The position numbers and the translations under genes are program-made. Below the pieces are notes generated by a model. That model worked only from the letters and a program-made list of their open reading frames with translations, did not search any database and was not told where the DNA came from. 64,000 bases of DNA from the human T2T-CHM13v2.0 reference genome, Homo sapiens. Shown here one piece after another: positions 1 through 14,239 of the stretch (positions within the stretch are counted from its first letter, which is position 1; each line of letters starts with the position of its first letter). The stretch is taken from NCBI RefSeq assembly GCF_009914755.1, contig NC_060937.1, one strand, 5' to 3'.

Positions 1-483
1 TCCCCTTATCCTGCTCTATTTTTCTTCATGGCACTTGGCATCACCCAACATAGATATGTATCTGTTTGCCTCTTTGCCCCTTATGGAAATGAGAGATAGG
101 ACTTTAATGCATTCCTTCTGTGTATCCAGAACCTAGAACAGAGCTTGGCATGTGATGGGCTTCCACTGTTTAATGAATAAATGAAGGAGTAAATGAATCA
201 AGATAACCTCGTACATCTCTTCAAGGTGGAACTGGAAAGCCTCCCAGAGGAACTCGTCAGAAAGAAATAAGGCCTACAAGAGTTTTAACCAGTAACCGAG
301 AAAGGTAATTCTGAAAACAGTATAATGACTGTCTTTAGGCCCAATGCCCACTGGACACATGTCTGGTCTTTGGAAAACAATAAGGTTGTAAATAAGATCA
401 GAAAGATTCATTTACCTGAACTATAAAATATGAGTGCGGAAACGACACTGCTGTGGGAGTGTTGTTCTTCCCCTTTTGCCAGG

Positions 484-1045
484 CATTAGTTTTCTATCCT
501 GTGTAACACAATACCAGACATCATCATTATGTCACAGTTCTGTAGGTCAGAAGTCCAGGCAGCCTTGGCCGTGTTCTCTGCTTAGGGTCTCATGCAGCTG
601 ATGTTAGGGTCTTGGTTGAGCTGGACTCTTATCTGGAGGTTCTGGGGAAAAATCTGCTATCGAGCTCATTCAGGTTGTGGCAGAATTAAGTTCCTTGCAG
701 TTGCAGGGCTGAGGGTCCCATGTTTTTTCTGGCTGTCATCTGGGAGCCACTTTCTGCTTCTAGAGGCACCTGCATTTCTCCCTACGTTGCCCATCCATCT
801 TCAAGCAAGCAACAGCACCTCAAATCCTTCTTGTGCTTTGAATCTCTCTGCCTTCTCTCTCTACCATTAGCTGGCAAAAACTCTGCTTTTAAAGAGTTCC
901 TTAGGTTTATGTTGGACCCACCCGGATAATCTTTCTTTTGCAAATAAGGTAGCATAATCACAGAAGTGATAGCTCATCATATTTACAGATTCCACTTACA
1001 CTCAGAAGGACCCACACTGTGAGTCATTCTTAGAAGTCCACCACA
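484..1045 (-). mobile_element. MLT1-type (ERVL-MaLR) solo LTR, old
   Basis: Resembles reverse-strand MLT1 consensus segments (tcacagttctgtaggtcagaagtcc, tcaggttgtggcagaatt, ggacccacccggataatct); boundaries approximate. Confidence 0.7.
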
Positions 1046-2679
1046 CATCACGATCCAGCTAGGCACTAAGAGGGTTCCTGGGATCAGAGTGATACCTGAT
1101 GGAGGAGCAGTGGTCCCCACTGTACCTGCAAGACCATTAGTGGGGGACTGTTTTGCCATGGGGCATATTGAAGAGAAATGGGCTACTTCTGGGAGTGGCA
1201 GCAAGATCCTTTAAGCCTGATAGGCTAGAGGCACTTGCAGGAATAGACCTGTTTATGCGCCTATGATGATGACTTTATAGAGACCTATAGAAAGACTTGC
1301 AAAGAATTTCCAAAGGTTAAGTGATCCTGCAAGGCCACAGATGAATCAAATGTGAGTTATTACTGTTCGAGTGACCATGTTTGTGTGCATACAGTAGTGA
1401 GGACTGGAAAAATGTTCCCCAGGTCAGAGCAGATGTTAGTGACTTAATCTAATGAAGTCCTGAAGATCTGAAGGACCAATGACCCTTCTATGTCCTTGTC
1501 CTTTCAATTTCAAGATTCTAAACCTGGTAAATAGCTAAGCCAGTATTCAACCACAGGTTGTCAAGCTCAAAAGCCCATGAATTTTCTCAAGAACTCTGCC
1601 AGGGATGGGAAATGGGTGGCATGCTTACCATGACGCAGCACTCCTGTGCCCTATCACTGACCACTCACCACCTTCCTGCAGCCTAGGAATCATCACGACT
1701 GCTGTCGACTACCACTGGCAATTAAATCAGAGTTGAAATCCAGGGCAGAACTTAACTCCCATCCCTGGAGACCACACTGTATCTCAAATTCCAGCAATGC
1801 CAGAACCAGAAAGATTTCCGCCAATTTCTTACTCAGCTGCAAAATCATATATTGTAAATGTTAGAGGAATACCTTGACTCTCTCTATTGTGTACCTTTAG
1901 TTGAATCTGACTAGGGGAAGGGAAGTTAAAATAACTGAAATCTTTTATACATTTTTGGACTATTAAACTTATAATTCTGGGATTTTCCTCTCCTAGCTTT
2001 TCTTTTTTTTTTTTTTTCTAAGTATTTCACTGATTAAAATGAATGAGAAAGGAATTAAAATGAATAAATGGCAGGAATGTAGACCCAAAGAGGATACACT
2101 AAAGCCATTTGTGCTATTTAAACTTCTTAGAGGGAACTGATGTTAACATTAAGAGGCTGTGCTCTGTTCCCACAGAGAAGTAGCCTTAGGCAAGCTGTCA
2201 GGAAGCTCAAGTTGATGGAAGTTACTGGAAGCTCTGAGAGGCGGAGGGGGAGGGGGTTGGGGGGCATCTCTTGGATGGTGCAGCAGCTGTATTTGGAACT
2301 GGGAAGGTAGGGAAGGGGCTACTGGAGTGTCATGTAGTCCTATATTTTGAAATGCAAAGTTATCTTCTTTGTATTGATATTTCTAGGATGCATTCACATG
2401 ATGCAGCCATCTCACACTAAAGATCAGATACTTCTTTCCAGATATTTCTTGTTCAGACAACCGAGACAAAAAGAAAAACCATACTTGAGCCTCAAAGACA
2501 GCAAACGGAGGTTACTCTTAAATTGGCCTTATAAGCCCGTGATCTAACCCCTACCTACTCCACCATCACTTCTCAGGATCTGGGCGGAAGCCTCACTGGC
2601 CTCAAGGTTTTCGGTGTGGCTGTTCTCCCTTTGGCCTGCTCTTGCCTACCTCTTTGTCAGACTAACTCCTATTTAGTGG

Positions 2680-3159
2680 TGCATGATAGACACATCTGAT
2701 AGCAATAACTCAACGTAAGCATACCCTGAGAATGACCCTGAGAATGGCCCTTATGGCAGACACATCTGAATGTGGTTTTCAAGCTCGGGAATCTGGGAGC
2801 GGCCAACCTGGAGATTCATTCCTTATCTATGAGGAACACCTGAGCCCCCAGCCCGTTTTCCCCCCACCGCCCCGGAACCTGGGTCAGATAGTGGATCTAG
2901 GCCCTTTGTGTTGGGTTAAATTAAGGTTGCCAGGTGGGGGTTGTTGGGAGAGGGTGCTAAGTGAAGGTGCTGTACAAACTGCATGCTTTTTAACAAGCAA
3001 CGGTGGTTCTCTTGTCTAGCCTGCTGTCACTGCACCATCTCTTTGGGTAAGTTTCCCACTGATAAAACCCTGTGTCTTGTTTGCTGGTTCTGGGACTCTT
3101 CCTTGGCTTCTTGAACTTGGTGTTGTCCCTACTGAAGTGAATAGGGATCCAACATGACA
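2680..3159 (+). mobile_element. ERV1-class solo LTR (LTR15-like, family tentative)
   Basis: TG...CA ends, about 480 bp; motifs gcataccctgagaatgaccctg and ggccaacctggagattcattcctt; homologous to the reverse-strand copy at 12151-12616. Confidence 0.7.
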
Positions 3160-4428
3160 AGTTCTCTTGTCTTAATTTAGGTGCATGCCTTGTGGGGCTC
3201 TTCTCTGCCTTGCAAACCTTATCAGATGCCCCAGTTACACACTTGCCTAGAGCCTTGTACTTTGCCTCAGTCACACTTGTGGTTACTGCTCAGTAATGCT
3301 TATTGAATAATTAATTTATTGTGTGCTGTAGTTCTTTTTATAAATGAGATTGTCAATTTCTTGAGGCCGGGAATTAAGTCTCTTTCGTTCACTGCTGTAT
3401 CTGCAAAACCTCGCTCGGTATTTAATACTCAGCAAGGGCTTGGCAAATATGTGTTGAATGAATTACCGTGAGAAACAAAAAAACTAGAACCCTGGAGCAC
3501 TGGCTATGATAAAAACATGCAGCAGGTGGGTTTTGTTTTCAAGGCACTTCTTCCTCTTGTAGCATCTCTCTTCCTGCATACATCCACACATGCCAGGCTC
3601 ATGTTCATAGGGCTTAGCTCCCAGTTGACTGTTAGGTATTTCCTCAACTAACGAACTGAGTTGACAATGACCAGGGCTGTTTTGAGCTATATTTGGAGAA
3701 TTTTAAACAACAGAGATGTTTCTAAACTTTCAGCTGCTTGGAAGATTTTAAATTGGTAACCAAGGTAGTGATCTAGGAGATGTCATGTGCTATAAGGAGA
3801 TTCTCCCCCATACTATTAAAGGAATCTCCAAAATGAGGCCGCATAGCAGATGGGGGTAGGTGGGAGGGAAATTTTTGTGGCAGTGGTGATGCAGGTGGAG
3901 TGAATTAGATCAGCTGTTTTTGTTTTTAACAGAAAATTGTGATGGTTGAAACTGTCTGACAAGACAGCTGGCATTTTTATTAAAGCCTTCAGCAACTACA
4001 CACCTCAATAATATGAGGAGGGGCCCTGCCTGGTTGATTGGTAGGTGGATGGTTAATTGGTTGTTTTCTTCTGGTCAAGCTTGACTTTCTAAATGTGTAA
4101 TAAAGTCATAAGACTTCCATGCGTTTGCCCGAAATGAGCTTTTCTGGTCAGAATTAACTATGTGTAGGCTGGTGCTCCCAGAGTGGTTGGTAGACATTTT
4201 ATTTGGTTTTGTGCTCCCCCAACAGGGAGTAGCCCTTTTAGGACAGGAAGCCCATTTCCCAGATCTGTGTCCAGAGCCTCAAGCCCAGTGCATCACGAGT
4301 CACTCCTTAAGACGGATGTGTTGATTTAAACCCAAACGAATGTTTTAGAGGAGCCGCCTGGCCTGGCCTCTCTCACTACCAAGCGTTGGTTGGCCAGGGA
4401 GAAACAAGTCTGAGGTGTCTGGTGTGCG

Positions 4429-4440
4429 TGCGCATGCGCG
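4429..4440. promoter_or_regulatory. NRF1 consensus site (TGCGCATGCGCG)
   Basis: Exact match to YGCGCAYGCGCR with its CpGs retained. Confidence 0.4.
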
Positions 4441-4580
4441 CCCTTTCTCCTTTTTTCCTTCCGAGTTTTTCTCTCCTCTCTCCTGCCTTTCTTTCTCTTC
4501 TTTCTTCCTCCTTGTCTCTATCTCAGTTTCTGTTTCTGAGTGATTCTTGTCTGTTTCTCTCCCTTTTCCTCCATTCTCTG
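4441..4580 (+). repeat. CT-rich low-complexity tract
   Basis: About 140 nt of mostly pyrimidines. Confidence 0.75.
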
Positions 4581-7500
4581 TGACATGAAGGGTTTATAAG
4601 TTGTTAAGTGCACAAGCAACCCTTGGCAAGAGGAGAAAAGAGGGCAGAAATCCAGCTACACTATACTGGCTGAGGCATAAGTGCTGGCATGGGATTTTGT
4701 CTGCCCAGAGAAGGCATCTTTTTCTAATGTACACAAAAGTGTTTTGGGGGCTAACAGCGGCCCTTTCTTTCCCTGGAATATTACCAGGGAAAACAGTCAT
4801 TTTCTACTTTCCTCTGGATCCGGGCTTCCTCGTATCTCAAAAAACCCGTCATTACCCTCCTTCTCTCATCTGCTGACCAAACTTGGGCAGGTTGGAATTG
4901 CATTTCTATTGGAAACGTATTATTAAAAAAGTGTTTTGCAGTATTTAGGGCTTGTGTCTTTTTTTCTGCTTATCTTTTATTTTTGTTGGGCTCTTTTGAG
5001 TAGAAGAGCTAAACTTTTAATCATTTTCCTTAGATGTTTCCCTCTAATTTTCTCTTCCCAATTGTCTATATAACTAAACCCTCCTAAGCTCTTGTTGATC
5101 CTCTGGCAGTGAAGGTGTGTTTATATAACAGTGGTGTTTGTTCCATAATCTCTGACTGAAAATATTGAGGGTGGGAAACCTTTGCATCTGCAAGCTGCCT
5201 GACAATCAGAACTGCAGACAGGGAAGTTGGCGTTTTGAGAATGCTCTTGAGATTGAGGTCCATTTCTAATTATCTCTTGTATCTTTAGTTCCTGGCACAT
5301 TGCTTAGCACATAACAGGCATTCGTAAAGACTGCTGAATGCCTGAAGAAGTGAGTGAATAAATCCTCCTCTAGCCACAGGCTATTTAGGAGACTCACACT
5401 AGTATTAGGAGTAGCTGGTATAAATCCAGGTCAGGGCAGGCACTGTCCCTTACATTCCACTGACCTGAGCTGCAGTGAGATGATACTTGTATTAGGCTCT
5501 TGTGAGATTCAAGAAACAGGAGCATGCTAAGGTTAACCCCTTAAAGAACATAAAATACATGGAAGTCAGGAAGACTGGAAACCAGCTCAGTATGTATAGA
5601 GAAGGTCTCCCGCAAGACCACGCAGATCAAGAGAGCAGGAGAGATTGTTCCCTGACCTGCTGCTCCACCATTGTGATGACAGTGATTTTGGCCTGCCTCT
5701 GCTATTCCCGTTGACTGCTGCTTGCTCTTCTCCAACCTCACACCTCTGCCTGGTGTCTGGCCTTGGAGTTTCTCCCAGTTTCTGTGGATTCTCCTTTCTG
5801 GTGGCTGTCACTATAGGTCCCACCGTCCAGCTCTTCTGACTGGGTTGTCCAGCTATGTCCAAAAGAGGTCCTGCTGTAGAATGCAGAGCCCTTGTACCAG
5901 GCTGCATCAGGGACACTGTTCTGGATGTGGCAAGCCCCTCAGACAGGGACTATTGGGGCAGGCATTTGAGGCTTCCCAGAAGTACTTGGGCTGTGCGCTT
6001 TGTGAAGATTGCTGCTGTATCTTGAGTGTCAAACCAGAATGCTTTTTCAGTTTACAGTCATACCTCATTCACTTAGGGCTGGCTGTCTCAGGAATACTTT
6101 TATGATACACACAAATGCAAATCCATGATGGTGCCAAACCTTATGTAGTCAGTAAAAAGACAAAAGAACCCCAGGTTGACAATAGAGGGAGCACTTTCGA
6201 AGCTCTCAGGCAGGGGCACCTGCAGGTCATAGAGACCTAGCTCTCCTTGATTTAGGGTCACTTTTCCTCAGCTGTGATCTGTCCTTATGTTCTTCACCCA
6301 CAATGCCTGACAAAAGACGCTGGAGGTACCTCAAAAGTGCCAGAGGTGGTTTTACGAAGTTTCAGTCTCTTTCAAGAAAATGATTGAGGAAACAGAATGA
6401 GGCTATTAGGGATTGGCAGAAATTCTTTGACAATATAAAAGAAGGACATCATAAGACTCGTCGCAGCCTGGGAGGACTGCCTGATGATCATACAGTATTG
6501 GAAAGAATGATGTTAGAGGTTGTCAAACTTCAGGGGATTTGAGGAGGACAGTCACTGTCTCTTTAATGATTATGCTGTAATGACTGTGTGCATTGCTTAT
6601 CTCATTTTGGGGAAAGCATTCTCCCCACCCTCAAGCTATTTCCCAAGAAATGAACACAGGAAATTTCCAAGAAATTTCCCAAGCATTCTCCTGGACAGTT
6701 ACCAGGAGAAGAGCCCTCATCTTTCCTCTGTCTTCACAAAACTGGGGCTCACTGACATTTTCTTTGCCAATGTAAAGGGCTCAATCTGTTCTCTTGTTCC
6801 ACGGTGAGTGTCGCCATAAGTCCAGATACTGTTTCCCTTCTGGGGACTTGGCAGCTAGCCTGAACCTCCTGCCTGGGATTAGCAGGGACCGGGGGATGGA
6901 GGGGAGGCTGCCCAGGTCATTGTCCTTGTTCCCCTTGATCTCTCCCTTTAAGCAGCAGACTCAGTCACTGGCGCCATCAATCTAGCACATTTCATAAACA
7001 GTAAATTCATTTTAAAAACCTGCTGCTGAGCAGCCATCTGTCTCCATTTTTGTCAATCTGCTGTTACAGCAATGCTAGTGTACTGTGAGGTTGTCTTTCA
7101 TTAAAGACTCCTTGATCTGAAGGTGAGCACGTTAAACACGGAGAGGAGCTCTGGGCCAGCTGACAGCATTTCTGACCACTAGCCTTTCATCACCGGAACC
7201 TGGAGTTTAAAACTTATTTTTGACCTAAAATGATGATATTGATGGTTTCTGTATCTTGCTGTGCTTGATTTACATACTTTAAGATTACAGAGTGTTCTAA
7301 CATCCTAACTTACTACTGATAAGGTAGGAAGAAGACTGACAAGTCTTATTACCATTTAAGTATTACTGTAGATAAACAGGCACAGAGTAGTTAAGTGCCC
7401 AAGGTCACGTAGCAAGGATGAGAACTGGGAATATACTGGAGCTATGGTCTCCCTCCTGAATAACTGAGTCATCTCTATCTGTTTTTTTTTTTTTTTTCAT

Positions 7501-8354
7501 GTGACCATTTCACAAAATCTCTACACATGGACATTTTGCTCTCCAGAGACCAGTCTGAGCATAGCAAAGAGGATTGGAACCAGCTCTGAGCTGAGTTGTA
7601 GGAAGAAGCTGACACCTGGATCCCAAGCCAGTTTTTAATACATAACATCCTACAATGTATTCTCTTTGCAGCACACAGGACCTCTCTCCACTAATCATTT
7701 TTATTAGGAGGAAAACATATTAAAACCAAAAAACCTCAACAACATAAAATCACTGAAAGCAAGCCAAGGATGCAGACAGCACCAGACGGGATTGTAGGCA
7801 GTGGAAACACTCTCCTGCAAAGGAAGCGTGTTAACTTACGCTCAGGCCCCATAGGCTTGTCACTAGATGAAATAATCTGAAGGAACTCAGAGGGTATTTT
7901 CCTGTGCTTACCACCCCTAAGCACCCTTACAAGCCATTTTGGATAATAGAAGAAGAATCTAGGTGGGAAGCTGGTTCAGAGCCCATCAGAATTCCATTAT
8001 GCCCATGATGTTGGCATGCCCTGTTAACATGTTAACATTTAGACCTACCTAAAATAAGTCAGATCTAATCTCCAAGCATAGATTTCAAGGCAGTAAGCCA
8101 TGCTGCTGTTCATTCCTGCGGCATCCTGGGTTGTCACTCCCTGCATTGCTCCCCACCACCTTCCTTTGAGGAAAGTGCTTGGCTTTGACGTGTTCCCTCT
8201 AGTGTCTGTGCTAATCCTCTTTGTGGCTCTTCTACTGCTTTGTTCTTATTTTTGACACGTTGAGCAAAGCACCTGGAATTGGAAGAGTCAGCTTCTCTTT
8301 GAGCAATCAGTGGATGCCAAGAATAATACTTCTGCCTTATTCTTGTTCCTTGGG

Positions 8355-8830
8355 GTGATGGTGAATTCTGTGTGTCAACTTGGCTAGGCTGTGGTGCCCC
8401 CTTGTTTGTTCAAACACTTGTCTAGATGTTGCTGTGAAGGTAATTTTTAGATGTGATTAACATTTCAATCAGTTGACTTTGAATAAAGTAGATTACCCTC
8501 CATAATATGGATGGGCCTCATCCAACCTGTTGACGGTCTTAAGAACAAAGACCAGTTTCCTAAAGAAGCAGCAGTGTTTGCTTCAAGATGGCAACATAGA
8601 AATTCTGCCAGAGTTTCCGTCCTGCTGGCCTGCCCTGAAGATTTTGGACTCAAGGCTGTAGCATTGACTCTTATCTGTATTTACAGTCTGCCTACCTGCC
8701 CTACAGATTTTGGACTTCCCAGACTTCATATTTGCATGAAACATATCTTAAAATAAATGTCTGTCTACCTATCCATCCATCTACCCACTCAAACTATTTG
8801 TTCTGCTTCTCTGGAGAGAGGCACGAATAC
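8355..8830 (+). mobile_element. MLT2-type (ERVL) solo LTR
   Basis: Starts gtgatggtgaattctgtgtgtcaacttggctaggct, contains gtagattaccctccataat...gggcctcatccaa, ends near ttctctggagag; resembles MLT2 consensus. Confidence 0.75.
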
Positions 8831-9084
8831 ACTAAGCAACTAATACACTTAGTTAATTTCAACATTTCCTTCTCTACAAAGGACTAGAAGCTAATTAGAA
8901 CATTCTGGAGCTGCCCCAGCCCTGCCTCTTATTAGCCCTGCCTCTTGTGTGATCTTGGGGAAGTTGCAAACATCACTGCCTCTGTTTACTCAACTGTTAA
9001 ATAGGAGTAGGGTATTTGCTGCTAGGTTGTTATGAGGATTAAATGAGGATGTGCCACAGAGTAAATGTTACGTTTTTAAAATTA

Positions 9085-9495
<411 letters not shown>

Positions 9496-10178
9496 TCATT
9501 GCTTCTCGTTTTCTGGAGGAGTGTGGTGGTGTGTTCGTAAAGGAAAATGTAGGGGCATTGGAGGTGGATCAATCCACCCTTAAATCTTTGTTCTCCCATC
9601 TTACCACTTTATGATTTAAAGCAAAGGTTACTACCTTTTTGAGACTCAGGACTTTTTAAGACCCTTAGTTTGACCCTAGCTCTGTAGAGGTGGAGGTCTT
9701 GAGAATGTGCTTAGATGGGTCCGCAGAGAATTCACCCTGAAAAGGAAGGAACTGGAGGACACAAGCTTGGCACATGACCTTGATTAGTCACCACTAGGAC
9801 GCAAGATTTCAATGTGCCTACTCCCCAATTTTGCCACTAAATTCATCCCAAATCAGTCAAGAGTGATGGCTATAAAAGCTTGGAGAACATTCTCCCCAGT
9901 GGAAGCCTAATGAAGAGCTATAAAACCTGGTGAATAGAGCAGCAAAAGGTGTTGGCAGTCGAGGACAAGTAGAAAAGAGAAAAGAACTGCTGTTAAATGA
10001 TGAGGGTTTTTAGTGTGAACAGCTGTTGAGATGTCTCAGTTGGACACAAGGGCGGGGGCTTGGAGGGAAGCTTGGCACCCCACGGTCATTACCTGGTGGT
10101 GGTGGTGGGGGGATCAATTTTTACCAAAAATAAAAATATATATTTTTAAAATTTTTTTTCTTTTCTCGTACTCTGGAG

Positions 10179-10383
10179 CAGCTGTTCTTAGCCAGTGGAG
10201 ATTTTGCCCCCCAGGGGACTTTTGGAAATGTCTGGAGTCTTTGATTGTCATGAAGGGGACCAGGGTTGCTGTAGTCATCTAGTGGGCATCTAGAGCTGCT
10301 AAACATCCCACAATGCACAGAGCAGCCCCACGAGAAAATACTCGGCTCAAAATGTTAGTAGTGCCGAGGTTGAGAAATCCTGC
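10179..10383 (+). mobile_element. MER20 (hAT-Charlie) DNA transposon
   Basis: attttgccccccaggggac...ggaaatgtctggag...gctgctaaacatcccacaatgcacag...gaggttgagaaatcctg matches the MER20 layout. Confidence 0.8.
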
Positions 10384-11959
10384 TGTGGCGGCCCTCCGTG
10401 CCTTAAATGAAGAGTAAGCAGCCCCGGTACGGACTGTTACACTGGTGGCAATAACAGCGTAGGAGTCGCATGGCTTCTCGCAGGAGAGCAGGAGGCTCAA
10501 ATGTATTTTGGATGTTTCCTCTAAGACGATGAATTGGCTTGAATGTCTTGTGTGGTGCTGTCTCACCCAAACCAGGTGTATTTCAGAATTGATTTGAAAA
10601 TGACTTGGAGACCAGTTCACCTATTGCCTCAGCATGATGGTAACATATAGCCAGGACAGAGTCCATGACAGTAAAATGGCTTTGATGAAGTGACTTTGTT
10701 CCTGCTCTTCAGCTGGGGCTTTTGGCTCCTCATTTGATCTCCCCAGTTAGAGTGCAGACTCAGAGTGGCCAAGGGCTGCAGATCCTCCCTTTCCTGGGCC
10801 TCCCTCCATTCCTCACAAAGGGCAGGACCTCAAGAAAGAAATGTTTCATAGAGGAAAGTCACCCCCTACTTTAATATACTTCAACAGGCTGACAACCTGA
10901 AAAAAAAATTAGGACAGGAAGGAGAAAACCATCTCAGTGATGAATGTTCTAAAATTAGAGTCTACAATGCAGGTATTGTATTTCTTCAGAATATTAATAT
11001 ACCCTCACTGGAATATATCATTGAGATTTCACTGGAAAATTAGAAAGGGCAAGGGAAGAGTTTCAGCCTGAAGGCTATTTTGAATATCTTAAGTGATTGA
11101 AATAAACAAATTAAAAAATGAATTTGTTATGTTCGGTACTAGATTTATGACAGGGCAGTACGTTTGAGGTCATTTTTACTGTGGCACATGAGGAAGCCTC
11201 AGAAGATTTCTATGTCCCAAAGACTGTTCACAAAAATCTTTTCCAGATTCTTCTAGCTGTATGGGAGCATAGAGAATGGTGTTTCCTATCGAAAGTGTTT
11301 AAGAGGCTGTCACTTGCTCAAGATCATTTAGTCAGTGGCTAAGCCAGAACTAAAGCCAGCTTCCTGGCTGTGAGACCATCACCCTGTGCTGCTCTGCATG
11401 CCATTTGTCATGGTGTCTGACATTCCACCCTTGACAGGTAGGGAGATAAAGAGATGATAGGTATTTGGAATCAGGCAGATGTGAGGATACAGCACAGTTT
11501 TGCTCCTCCTTTTCTGTGGGGCTTACTTAACTTTTCTGATTCTTGGTTTTCTCATATGAAAGTAGAGAAAATAATTATTATTAGTGGTTTACTTAGCTGT
11601 GTCATGAAAACGTCTAGGCCTCGAAAAGCTCCTTACTATAATGCAATTATTACAGTGACTTTTTATAACATAGACGGGTGTTACTCAGATTGTGATTCAC
11701 GAAACAGTTCTCAAGATGTGTTTAAGATTTTCAATAATTAATGTGTTTCATGGCTAAATAATTGTAGGAGACACCAGTTAGGTCAAGGTAAACAGAATAG
11801 GAATTCTTAGAGCCTTCAATAGGCTAATGGGTATGACTTAATAAGAGAATGTAATAAGAAGCATTTCACAAATATGTATGACCATAGAACTTTTTTTAAG
11901 TGGAACATCTGATAATATCTTGTGGGATGCTAGTTTCCATGGGACACAGTTTGGGAATT

Positions 11960-12940
11960 ATGGTAGGTTGATTATATTGATGTGTCCACTCCTTTTTTCT
12001 GGGCTCAGATACGTGACTTATTTTGGCTGATCAGCAGTTAACTGGCATGATGCAAGCAGAGACTGAGAAAGTCCTTGTGCATTGAGGCTTGCTGTCTTGC
12101 TGCTCTTTATAACTACAAATCTTAATCTTCCCTGGCTCCTTCATCATAACTGTTGTATCGAACCCCTGTAGACTCCACTGGGGATGGTACCAGGTTCAAG
12201 AGGCTGAAGAAGAGACCCAGAGCCAGGGAATGAGACATGAGATTTTGCTGGGGGCTTACATACGGGGGAGAGAGTCCAGTGTTGACGGGCTGGACAGAAT
12301 TATTGCATGGCCTAGTGGTGGTGGGCTGGGCAGGAGAATCACAACTGCTTGCAAAAAAACGTGTGGCTTTTATAGCATTTTCACTTAACACCCTTTACCT
12401 GACAGCCTCCACTTGGCAACTTTCATGCAACCCCAATCTCCATGTTTCACTGGACAGATAGGGAGCTCAGATGTTCCTCATAGACAAGGAATGAATCTCC
12501 AGATTGGCCACTCCCAAATCCCCTAGCTCAGAACACACATTCAGGTGCACCTGCCATATAGGGTCATTCTCAGGGTGTGCTTAAGTTAATGCTGTCGGTT
12601 GGCATTTACCATGTGCTAACCATGAGTATATGCTAGGGTTAGCCTCCTGGAAGAATGAGAAAGACGTGGGGGGAGAGTGGGATTGACAAAGCTGAGGTCA
12701 TTTGACCTTATTGCCCCAAGATAACCACTAGCCAACCACCATCAGAAATGTGAGTCTCAGCTGAGAGCCAACTGACCTAGAAAACATATAAGTGAGCCCA
12801 ACTAGGATCAGGAGAATTTTCCAACTTAAATTACAAACTTGTAGGCCTGTGAGCCAATCAATGATGGTTGTTTTAGGCCACTCATTTTTGTGTGGTCAGT
12901 TATGCAGCATTATGTGTAGCAATGTAAAGCTGATACAGGA
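11960..12940 (+). mobile_element. Old MLT1-like LTR interrupted by an ERV1 LTR
   Basis: MaLR-like segments on both sides of 12151-12616 (ttagcctcctggaagaatgaga; ggttgttttaggccact...ttatgcagca...gctgataca). Confidence 0.55.
12151..12616 (-). mobile_element. ERV1-class solo LTR (LTR15-like, family tentative)
   Basis: Reverse complement shares motifs with 2680-3159; flanked by 4-bp TSD taac (12147-12150 and 12617-12620). Confidence 0.75.
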
Positions 12941-14239
12941 ATTAGAATGGAAACTGATAGGAAAGTGGAATGTTCACACTCTGGCCCCAACTCTTTCTTT
13001 TATTCCCATATGTAAAATACACTCTCTCCCTCCTCCCAAGATCCTTAAAGGTCTCATCTAATCATTCCATCAGGCTCAAGGTCCAGGATCTCAAGGTGTT
13101 AAACAGGTCCTAATGCAGTTCCTTGGGTACAGTTGCTTTGAGTTGAAGATCTATGAGTGAAAAAGATAAGAAATCTGACCTTCAAACCTAATGCAATAGG
13201 GTAAGAAAGGACAGAATAAGTATAGTAGACAATCTTATTCAAAAAGGGAAAGAATGGAAAGCTAGTAAGAGGCACTGGCTCATAGCAATCCTGAATTCCA
13301 TCCCTGAAAATGCTGCCAGGACCTTCTCTTCCAGAGGAGGGAATATTCTTGATTAGGCCTCGGTTCTGCCTCGTGGAAGTGACTTCCCAGTCCGTTGTTT
13401 TCTAAGGCTGTGTTCTGTACCGTCTGGGTTGTCTTTTCTACCCCCTTGGCTACTCCTGTGTGCTTTAAACAACTTTCTTAGCCTGTTTCCAGATTGTGGA
13501 AATTAGAGACCTAGAGGTTTTCTTACATTTTGAATAGTCTCAATATCTTTTAGTATAAACTGGTGATCCTTTTGTCAATATAGTACCATCAAAACTTTTG
13601 TGAGTTTCTTATAAATCTAATGGGCCAAAAGCAACACCTACAATAGTTTTAGAGCTAGATCTCTCTCTAGATTCAACCATGGTTATTTGGGCAAGTTAAG
13701 TACTGTGAGACAGTGCTCTTAAAACTCCTAGTAGCACATTTGTTGAGCTTAGAGGATCTGCTGTTTTCTGTCCTGTTTCTTTCCAGGGTCTTAATAGACG
13801 GTCTTAAAGCAAGTATTTGATTAGATCCTTGTCTCAGGCTATATTTTACTTTAAGACTCTTTTGCCAGCTGAAGAGACAGATGAAAAGCAATTTTCTTTT
13901 CCAACCAAGAAGTCCTAGTTCCCCTATGGTCTCTCTCAATTTGCTTAGGCACTGGACAGTTATTTTTCTAGCCCTTTCATTTCTTATAGAATCTTACCAG
14001 TATGCAGCAGACACTTTCAACATTATGCCTGGAAATGTTATTGCTCAAATCTCAAGTTTATTAGGCACATTTTCTACCATCTGAATTGACACATGTAGCA
14101 GTTTTCTCATTTTTTTGTTACTGCATAACCCATGCTGTCATCTTTCCATTCTCTTGTAGCAGTTTCCTCATAATTTTTCTAGCCTCTGCCCATTTTTTTT
14201 TTGTTATAGCAGCCCCCTAATTCTAGATAACAGTTTCAA

